From positions 16,702 through 80,701 of the forward strand of contig JAFULC010000023.1 of assembly GCA_017483305.1 (NCBI GenBank): a stretch of DNA of 64,000 nucleotides, given 5' to 3'. Below, piece by piece: positions 57,267 through 64,000 of the stretch. The notes beneath the pieces were generated by a model. That model did not search any database. It saw only the letters and a list, made by a program, of their open reading frames with translations, and was not told where the DNA came from. Source of the DNA: Clostridia bacterium (GTDB lineage: Bacteria > Bacillota > Clostridia > Oscillospirales > CAG-272). The translations under genes were made by a program, and so were the position numbers. How positions within the stretch are numbered: position 1 is the first letter of the stretch; every line of letters begins with the position of its first letter.

Positions 57267-57866
57267 TTAGCCCTTGAATGTCATTGTGCCGAAATTTTCG
57301 GGTCGGTGGAAGGTGAAATGCTCCCTGTCGACCTCGCTCCAGGATAAATAATGAGGTGGCTCGGAGAGGTCGGCGCATTTATAGCAGTTTGCGCGTACGG
57401 TCTTGCCGTCTTTGACTTCAAAATCGGGGAAAAATCGGCGGATGAAGTCAAACGGGAGCTTATAAAAGATCTCCCAGCCGTCAATATACTTATTTATCTG
57501 CGGCTCGAGGGTTGATATGTAACCGTCGGGGATGATAAGTCTGGTGAGCGTATCTACAGAAGATCCGATCCCGAAAAAAAGTGTGCCAAGCGAATTGAAT
57601 TCTATATTCAGATATCTTTTGTCGTTTTCCATCGGGCAGATGAAAAACTCAAGGCAGCTATCCTTGCAGGGCGCGGCAAGCTCACCTCTCTCCTCTGCGC
57701 GTGTTTGTTGCTCGGTCGTTGAGAGGTGTAAGAGGATGGCTCTGTCATCCCAGGCGATCTGCGCGGAGGCCGTGATATTGCTCGGAGTTTCGAGATACGG
57801 AATATCGATGTTTATGATCGGAATGTCATCCCAATTTGTGAATTTGTTGATTTGATAGGTTTTCAT
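57267..57866 (-). CDS. Hypothetical protein, possibly carbohydrate-binding family 9-like
   Basis: 199 aa and cytoplasmic-looking. The family assignment is only a weak recollection (pattern AQIAWDDRAILLHL...EFF). Confidence 0.35.
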   Translation of the reverse strand: MKTYQINKFTNWDDIPIINIDIPYLETPSNITASAQIAWDDRAILLHLSTTEQQTRAEERGELAAPCKDSCLEFFICPMENDKRYLNIEFNSLGTLFFGIGSSVDTLTRLIIPDGYISTLEPQINKYIDGWEIFYKLPFDFIRRFFPDFEVKDGKTVRANCYKCADLSEPPHYLSWSEVDREHFTFHRPENFGTMTFKG

Positions 57867-57995
57867 AGCTTGTCGCTTTTCTAAATTATTTGTTTATTTC
57901 TCTATTTATTGTTTCAGATTTTGTCTTGTTTTGAAATATATTGTCGAGTTTTCGGGATCTTTGTTTAGCGAGTTGCGGTTACAAAATTTGATGAT

Positions 57996-58757
57996 TCAGC
58001 CCAACAAAACATCCAGCGCAAGCATGGTGCAAAAACCAACCAGCAAAGCATATGTTGCCCCGCGCTCGTTTCCGTGAGCGTGAGTTTCGGGGATCATCTC
58101 ATCGCTGACGACGTATATCATCGTTCCTCCCGCAAAGGCGAGAGCAAACGGCAAAATAACCGACGCCACCGATACGGCGAAATATCCGATCAAGGTACCG
58201 ATGACCTCGACAAGTCCCGTAAGCATAGCAATAACCAAGGTTTTTCCCGGCTTAACACCCGCGGCGAGCATAGGCGCGATAACTATCATACCCTCGGGAA
58301 TATTTTGCAAGGCGATACCGCCTGCAATTATAAGCGCTCTCGACGTGTCTCCCGAGCCAAAACCAACTCCCGCGGCAATACCCTCGGGGAGATTATGGAT
58401 CGCGATTGCCACAACGAAAAGCAAAACTCGGCTTAAATTCGCGTTATGTCCGTGCGGCTCGATATCTGCGCCGACGATCCTGTGCAGGTGAGGAACTATT
58501 CGGTCTATCACGTTGAGAAACAACGCGCCGACGAAAATGCCGGCTATTGTTACAAGCAGTCCGAATTTACCTCCGTACTCAAGTGACGGCACTATCAGAC
58601 CGAAAACCGCAGCAGCAAGCATTACGCCCGCGGCAAAGGACTGTATCATATCCGAAAATTTATGAGAGGCGTTTTTGAACAAAAAGCCTATTAAGGCTCC
58701 TATTACCGTTGCACCGCCAACGCCAAGTGCGGTAAGCAGGACAAGCTCCATAAGCAT
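57996..58757 (-). CDS. ZIP family metal transporter (ZupT-like)
   Basis: 253 aa with about 8 TM segments. Motifs are HNLPEGIA and LQNIPEG, with a His-rich loop (HLHRIVGADIEPHGH). Confidence 0.85.
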   Translation of the reverse strand: MLMELVLLTALGVGGATVIGALIGFLFKNASHKFSDMIQSFAAGVMLAAAVFGLIVPSLEYGGKFGLLVTIAGIFVGALFLNVIDRIVPHLHRIVGADIEPHGHNANLSRVLLFVVAIAIHNLPEGIAAGVGFGSGDTSRALIIAGGIALQNIPEGMIVIAPMLAAGVKPGKTLVIAMLTGLVEVIGTLIGYFAVSVASVILPFALAFAGGTMIYVVSDEMIPETHAHGNERGATYALLVGFCTMLALDVLLG

Positions 58758-59012
58758 CTCCTTTCAAGTGTTGATGATCTTTGTAGTTTAATTATAAGGC
58801 ATTTTTGTGCATTAATCAAGTCAAAAATGAAAAATATTTGCCGTTTTGCAATTTTGACCGATGATTTGAGTGCTCACCTCGAGAATAGCGACAGAAGAAA
58901 CAAGGGTTGCCTGAAAAGGATATTGACAAATCAAGTAAATTGTGGTATACTATCGCTTGTGTCTGCAATAAAATTAATAAGAAGCAGACTAATCAATGCA
59001 TTGGAGTTAAAA

Positions 59013-59591
59013 ATGTTTGGTCTTGTAATAACTGCGCTCGGTCTTGGGGCAGGTCTTGCGATGGATGCTTTTTCGGTCTCGCTTGCAAACGGATTGCACG
59101 AGCCCAGGATGAAGGCGCCGAGGATGCTGCTTATAGCGGGCACATTTGCTATATTTCAGGGCGTGATGCCTATGCTCGGTTGGGTTTGTGTACACACCGT
59201 GCTTCAATATTTCAACATACTTGCGAAATTCATTCCGTGGATAGCCTGCGGTCTGCTCGGATATATCGGCGGAAAGATGATATACGATGGAGTCAAATGT
59301 GATTGCGACGAATGCGAATGCGGCGAGAGGCTGACCCTCGGACTCCTTATGGTCCAAGGAATTGCGACCTCGATAGACGCTTTGTCGGTCGGGTTTGCGA
59401 TTGCCAAAAATACGCTCGCAGAGGCGTTATTGAGTGCCGTTATAATTTCCGTAATGACACTTGCTATCTGTATTGCCGGTTTGATCCTCGGCAAGCTCTT
59501 TGGCTCGAAATTCGCGGGCAAGGCTTCGGTATTCGGCGGAATTATCCTTGTGGCTATCGGTCTTGAAATACTTATTTCATCGTTCTTTTAA
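59013..59591 (+). CDS. mntP: Manganese efflux pump MntP
   Basis: The start at 59013 follows GGAG. MDAFSVSLANG and IDALSVGFA are the duplicated motifs of the MntP family. The upstream promoter is TTGACA-17-TATACT at about 58924-58952. Confidence 0.8.
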   Translation: MFGLVITALGLGAGLAMDAFSVSLANGLHEPRMKAPRMLLIAGTFAIFQGVMPMLGWVCVHTVLQYFNILAKFIPWIACGLLGYIGGKMIYDGVKCDCDECECGERLTLGLLMVQGIATSIDALSVGFAIAKNTLAEALLSAVIISVMTLAICIAGLILGKLFGSKFAGKASVFGGIILVAIGLEILISSFF

Positions 59592-59735
59592 AAATCAAGC
59601 AAGTCGAGAGGCTCATTTGGGCATCTTGACTTGTTTTTTTATTGGGATTTTATAAATTTATGTTGATTTTCCTCAAAATATATGGTATACTAATAATGAA
59701 ATAGTATGATTTCAATCAAACGGAGGAATAAATAT

Positions 59736-60413
59736 ATGGAAATCAACGACAAGATCCAACACATACTCGCATCCTGCGATCACACTCTGCTTTCTACCAC
59801 GGCTACCTGGGCAGACATCCGTGAGATCTGCAACGATGGAATGAAATACGGCACGGCTTCGGTCTGCATTCCGCCCGCTTTTGTTGCAAGAGCGCGCGAG
59901 TACGCAGGCAAGAGACTCAAAATATGCACCGTTATCGGCTTTCCCAACGGTTATCAGACCACCGAGGTCAAGGTCTTCGAGACCAAGAACGCCATCGAGA
60001 ACGGCGCGGACGAGATCGATATGGTCATCAACGTAGGCGAGCTCAAGGCGAGAAACTTCGGCTATCTTATGAACGAGATCTCCGAGATCAAAAAGGCTTG
60101 CGGAGACAAGATACTTAAGGTCATTATCGAGACCTGTCTGCTTACCGATGCTGAAAAGATGGAGATGTGCCGTCTGGTCAGTCTCTCGGGCGCGGACTAC
60201 ATCAAGACTTCGACCGGATTTTCGACCGGAGGCGCGACCTTTGACGACGTCAAGCTGATGCGCGACGCTTGTGATCCCTCTGTAAAGGTAAAGGCGGCAG
60301 GCGGCATCGCCAGTCTTGACGACGCGCAGAAATTCCTTGATCTCGGCGCGGACAGACTCGGTACGAGCCGCGTGGTAAAGATCGTAAAAAATGAGAAAGG
60401 CAGCGGTTATTGA
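59736..60413 (+). CDS. deoC: Deoxyribose-phosphate aldolase
   Basis: The start at 59736 follows GGAGGA. The Schiff-base lysine context is [10 protein letters not shown], with upstream motifs CIPP and VIGFPNG. Confidence 0.9.
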   Translation: MEINDKIQHILASCDHTLLSTTATWADIREICNDGMKYGTASVCIPPAFVARAREYAGKRLKICTVIGFPNGYQTTEVKVFETKNAIENGADEIDMVINVGELKARNFGYLMNEISEIKKACGDKILKVIIETCLLTDAEKMEMCRLVSLSGADYIKTSTGFSTGGATFDDVKLMRDACDPSVKVKAAGGIASLDDAQKFLDLGADRLGTSRVVKIVKNEKGSGY

Positions 60414-60414
60414 T

Positions 60415-61227
60415 ATGTACGACAAGCTTATGAATTGCATTAAAAGCATCAGAGAAAAGACCGATTTCGTGCCTGAGATAGGTCTCATTCTCGGCTCAGG
60501 TCTTGGAGATTACGCCAAGAATATCGACGTTGTTGCCAAGGTTGAATACTCGGATATCGAGGGCTTTCCCGTGTCGACCGTGCCCGGTCACTGCGGTAGG
60601 TTCGTTTTCGGCTACGTTGGCGGCAAAAAGGTAGTCGCTATGCAAGGTCGAGTTCATTATTACGAGGGCTATTCCATCGGTGACGTTGTACTTCCGACTC
60701 GTATTATGGGTCTGCTCGGCATTAAAAAGCTTTTCCTGACCAATGCCGCAGGCGGAGTTAATTTCGATTTCAAGCCCGGTGATTTTATGATGATCACCGA
60801 CCATATAACCAGCTTTGTGCCCAGTCCTCTTATTGGCAAGAACATTGAGGAGCTTGGTGTAAGATTTCCCGACATGAGTGAGGTCTACAGCAAGCCCTTG
60901 TGCGCTCTTATCGAGCAGTCGGCCGCAGAGCATTCGATCGAGCTCAAGCAGGGCGTTTACGTTCAGCTTACGGGTCCCAACTACGAAACTCCTGCCGAGA
61001 TCCGTATGTGCAGACTGCTTGGCGCAGACGCGGTGGGCATGAGCACGGCGTGCGAGGCTATGGCGGCAAGACATATGGGAATTGAGGTCTGCGGAATCTC
61101 CTGCATAACCAATATGGCGGCAGGTATGACCAAGGAAAAGCTTTCTCACAAAGAGGTTCAGGAAACCGCCGACCGTGTTGCGAAGCAGTTTGAGATGCTC
61201 GTTTCGTCGGTCATTGAGAAAATGTAA
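60415..61227 (+). CDS. punA: Purine nucleoside phosphorylase (trimeric PNP type)
   Basis: The start at 60415 is directly after the deoC stop. Motifs are GLILGSGLG, GRVHYYEG, VQLTGPNYETPAE and DAVGMST. Confidence 0.88.
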   Translation: MYDKLMNCIKSIREKTDFVPEIGLILGSGLGDYAKNIDVVAKVEYSDIEGFPVSTVPGHCGRFVFGYVGGKKVVAMQGRVHYYEGYSIGDVVLPTRIMGLLGIKKLFLTNAAGGVNFDFKPGDFMMITDHITSFVPSPLIGKNIEELGVRFPDMSEVYSKPLCALIEQSAAEHSIELKQGVYVQLTGPNYETPAEIRMCRLLGADAVGMSTACEAMAARHMGIEVCGISCITNMAAGMTKEKLSHKEVQETADRVAKQFEMLVSSVIEKM

Positions 61228-61282
61228 TTTAAGGATAACAGCGTGAAAGTTACTTCCAATTTAACGGTGAAATAATCTTTTT

Positions 61283-61358
61283 CACGCGTGAATTTTGCTA
61301 TGTGCAAAATTCATCGATTAATATTTGTACCGCCGATAGCGGCGGGATGGAGATTAAT
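61283..61358 (+). promoter_or_regulatory. Conserved two-hairpin leader module, copy B (unclassified)
   Basis: CACGCGT GAATTTTGC TATGT GCAAAATTC ATCGATTAATATTTGTA CCGCCG ATAG CGGCGG GATGGAGATTAAT ATG, lying in the punA-deoB spacer. See copy A at 9268-9344. Confidence 0.55.
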
Positions 61359-62480
61359 ATGAAAAAAAGAGCTTTTATTATAGTTCTGGATAGCTTTGGC
61401 ATCGGTGAGCTTCCCGACGCGGCGGATTTCGGCGACGAGGGCAGCCACACTCTACGCGCGGTTGCAGGTCTCCCCGAATTCAACTGTCCCAATCTTGCTA
61501 AAATGGGACTTTTCAATATCGAGGGCGCGGCGGTTGGCAAAGCACCCGAGGCAGAGCCGATTGCGGCACACGGACGAATGGCTGAGCTTTCCAAGGGCAA
61601 GGATACGACCACAGGCCACTGGGAGATCGCGGGGTTGGTATCAGAGCGCGCGCTTCCGACCTATCCCGACGGCTTTCCCGACGAGATAATATCCGAGCTT
61701 GAGCGCAGGACGGGCAAAAAGGTCATTTGCAACAAGCCTTATTCGGGCACGGAGGTCATCAAGGACTACGGCGAGGAGCATCTTCGCACGGGCGCTCTTA
61801 TCGTCTACACGTCTGCGGATTCGGTGCTTCAGATAGCGACACACGAGAAGATCGTGCCGCTCTCCGAGCTTTACAGATACTGCGAAATAGCCCGTGAGAT
61901 CATGCAGGGCGAGCACGGCGTTGGAAGAATCATTGCTCGTCCGTTTGGCGGCGAATATCCTTTTCAGCGCTTGTCAGGTCGCCACGACTACTCGCTGCTT
62001 CCTCCCAAGCCCACGATGCTTGACAGACTCAAAAATAGCGGCTACGACGTTATTTCTGTCGGCAAGATCAACGACATCTTCGCAGGACAAGGGGTTACCG
62101 AGAGCCATCCGACCAAGAGCAACTCCGAGGGTATGGACGTGGCTATTTCTATGCAGGACAAGGACTTTGACGGCTTGTGCTTCGTCAATCTCGTTGATTT
62201 TGATATGGTTTACGGTCACAGAAACAACGCCGCGGGCTACGCTAATGCGCTTACCGAGTTTGATCTTCGTCTGGGTGAATTTCTGCCGAGAATGAAGGAA
62301 AACGATCTGCTTATCATCACCGCAGACCACGGCTGCGATCCCGCAACGCCGTCTACCGACCACTCGCGCGAATACGTGCCGCTTTTCATTTACGGCAAGG
62401 GTGTCAAGCCCGAAAATCTCGGAACAAAGCAAGGCTTCTTCTTTGTCAGCGAGGTTGTGGAGGAGTTTTTGGCAAAATAA
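61359..62480 (+). CDS. deoB: Phosphopentomutase
   Basis: The start at 61359 (MKKRAFIIVLDSFGIGELPDA...) follows GGAGAT. TADHGCDP and the metalloenzyme-superfamily pattern are present. Confidence 0.9.
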   Translation: MKKRAFIIVLDSFGIGELPDAADFGDEGSHTLRAVAGLPEFNCPNLAKMGLFNIEGAAVGKAPEAEPIAAHGRMAELSKGKDTTTGHWEIAGLVSERALPTYPDGFPDEIISELERRTGKKVICNKPYSGTEVIKDYGEEHLRTGALIVYTSADSVLQIATHEKIVPLSELYRYCEIAREIMQGEHGVGRIIARPFGGEYPFQRLSGRHDYSLLPPKPTMLDRLKNSGYDVISVGKINDIFAGQGVTESHPTKSNSEGMDVAISMQDKDFDGLCFVNLVDFDMVYGHRNNAAGYANALTEFDLRLGEFLPRMKENDLLIITADHGCDPATPSTDHSREYVPLFIYGKGVKPENLGTKQGFFFVSEVVEEFLAK

Positions 62481-62499
62481 CAAAATAACGGCAAAGACT

Positions 62500-62531
62500 G
62501 ACACCGCCCGAAATATTCGGGCGGTGTTTTA
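62500..62531 (+). terminator. Intrinsic terminator after deoB
   Basis: ACACCGCCCGAAATATTCGGGCGGTGT followed by TTTATT. Confidence 0.75.
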
Positions 62532-62562
62532 TTAACTGAATATAAACTTTTAGAAAAAACTA

Positions 62563-62591
62563 TTGATTCTTGTATTATTATAGTGTATAAT
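62563..62591 (+). promoter_or_regulatory. Sigma-A promoter of the acyltransferase gene
   Basis: TTGATT (62563-62568), a 17-nt spacer, then TATAAT (62586-62591). Confidence 0.55.
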
Positions 62592-62630
62592 GTTGAAGGT
62601 TGTGCACAAATAAAACGTAAGGAAATTAAA

Positions 62631-63887
62631 ATGGACGTAAATTACAGGAATCAAAAGCGGTACAAGACCGCCAAATACCCGATCTGTCAGCCGATATACC
62701 TTACCTGGCTTATTCAGGTGCTTTCGACTATCATGTTGGCTTCAAAAAAGCACAAGGTCGAGTGTGTGGGCATGGAGGATCTCAAGCCGCCATATATTTT
62801 GCTCTCGAATCACATGTCATTCGTTGATTTCGAGCTTATCTCCAAGGGCACTTATCCCGCAAGGGTCAACAACGTGGTCAACATTGACGGATATTATCTC
62901 CGCCCCTGGCTTATGACCTGGATCGGTGCTATCTGCACCCGAAAGTTCACAAACGACTTTCATCTTGTAAAGTCGATCAAAAAGGTGACCTCGCGCGGCG
63001 ATATTCTTTGTATGTACCCCGAGGCGAGATACTCGCCCTGCGGTATAACCTCGTATCTGCCCGATTCGCTCGGCTCACTGATCAAAATGAACAAGGTTCC
63101 CGTGGTCGTTGCGATTCATCACGGTAATCATCTGCATTCGCCCGTATGGAACGTGAAGAAAAAAAGAAAGGTGCCTATGCACACCGTTCTGACCCGGCTT
63201 CTGAGTGCCGAGCAGGTCAAGGAGATGACCGCCGCTGAAATCAACGAGGCATTAAGGAACGCGTTTGTATACGACGAGTACAGATACCAGAAGGAATCGG
63301 GGATACTTATTACCGAAAAATACAGAGCCGAGGGGCTTCACAAGGTGCTTTATCAGTGTCCGCACTGTATGGCCGAGTCGAAGATGGCGTCCAAGGACAC
63401 TGAAATTTTCTGCACGGAGTGCGGAAAGCGTTGGACCTTATGCGAGGACGGCACTCTGTCGGCAAACGAGGGTGAGACCGAATTTTCGCACGTTCCCGAT
63501 TGGTTCAACTGGGAGCGCGAGCAGGTTCGCGCCGAGATCGAGCGCGGCGAATACTCTTTTGAGGACGAGGTTGACGTACACTCGATGCCCAGGTGCTATC
63601 GCTTTATGCCGCTTGGCAAGGCGACACTTACTCACGATGTAGAAAACGGATTTGTTCTCAAGGGACATTATCGCGGAAAGGATTACGAGATCCGCCGCTC
63701 GCCTTTGATGAATAACAGTCTGCACGTTGAGTACGATTTTCCTCATATCAAGCCCTTTGACTGTGTGGATATCTCCACAGAGAGCGATTCATTCTACTGC
63801 TATCCGACCAAGGAAAACGTGGTCACGAAGCTTGCCTTTGCAACCGAGGAGATATACAGGATCAAGATACAAAACGTTCGTAAATAA
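62631..63887 (+). CDS. Lysophospholipid (PlsC-type) acyltransferase family protein with C-terminal zinc-ribbon domain
   Basis: The start at 62631 follows AAGGAA. The HX4D motif is SNHMSFVDF, with a later YPEARYS motif. The zinc ribbon is CPHC...CTECG. Confidence 0.65.
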   Translation: MDVNYRNQKRYKTAKYPICQPIYLTWLIQVLSTIMLASKKHKVECVGMEDLKPPYILLSNHMSFVDFELISKGTYPARVNNVVNIDGYYLRPWLMTWIGAICTRKFTNDFHLVKSIKKVTSRGDILCMYPEARYSPCGITSYLPDSLGSLIKMNKVPVVVAIHHGNHLHSPVWNVKKKRKVPMHTVLTRLLSAEQVKEMTAAEINEALRNAFVYDEYRYQKESGILITEKYRAEGLHKVLYQCPHCMAESKMASKDTEIFCTECGKRWTLCEDGTLSANEGETEFSHVPDWFNWEREQVRAEIERGEYSFEDEVDVHSMPRCYRFMPLGKATLTHDVENGFVLKGHYRGKDYEIRRSPLMNNSLHVEYDFPHIKPFDCVDISTESDSFYCYPTKENVVTKLAFATEEIYRIKIQNVRK

Positions 63888-64000
63888 GAGACGGATGAAA
63901 AAAAGACTCGCAAAAGGCTGGTTCTCATAGGTAGTTATTCGTATGGCGTAGATTTTCCACGCTGTAAACAAATAATTAACGCCGACAGAAATCTGTCGGC

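Noticed and set aside
58758-59012. Looked for a yybP-ykoY manganese riboswitch upstream of mntP.
   Set aside because: The leader after the TTGACA-17-TATACT promoter is only about 60 nt. It lacks the conserved four-way-junction sequence elements I know for that class, and only a simple hairpin (GTCTGC...GCAGAC) is present.

Overview
The window looks like a chromosomal segment from a spore-forming Firmicute, probably a Clostridia-type organism. That placement is an inference from sigK, spoVAD/spoVAE, addBA, a GlgD-containing glycogen operon, and T-box and TPP leaders. Most of it is housekeeping sequence. On the minus strand near the start are the 5' part of dnaX with its upstream SRP RNA, a nitroreductase, two AT-rich lipoprotein genes, a PTS-EIIC-like permease and polA. 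Next come an SH3b lipoprotein, a flavin-reductase-like gene, an aminotransferase, and T-box-controlled trpS. These are followed by a NatAB-like ABC exporter, TPP-riboswitch-controlled thiT, an intact sigK, spoVAD-spoVAE, udp and an amino-acid ABC importer. After that are HAD, GT2 and RlmA-like genes, an OmpR-type two-component system, a QueG-like gene, addB-addA and eno. The glycogen block is glgB-glgC-glgD-glgA, then glgP, a GH13 enzyme and a degenerate FolC-like gene. The remainder is holB, ricT, a 56-aa ferredoxin missing from the ORF track, an NPPY methyltransferase, a TtcA-like gene, ZIP and MntP metal transporters, deoC-punA-deoB and an acyltransferase. The clear outlier is a roughly 4.5-kb cassette at 10729-15272, inserted between the aminotransferase stop codon and the trpS T-box promoter. 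It is bounded by 26-nt direct repeats with 25 of 26 positions identical, has its own consensus promoter and encodes three tightly packed genes. These are an MBL-fold hydrolase, a 946-aa TIR-NACHT-TPR (NLR-like) protein and an IMPase-family phosphatase. I consider this the best candidate for an undescribed immune system in the window. Other notable signals include a 77-nt two-hairpin leader module shared by two unrelated genes (64 of 77 aligned positions identical). There is also a 42-nt tandem repeat array downstream of sigK and a 23-bp perfect hairpin after trpS. Finally, there is a FolC-like pseudoenzyme coupled to the glycogen genes and a lysine-rich small ORF coupled to udp. All calls rest on reading the sequence and translations; no database search was possible.
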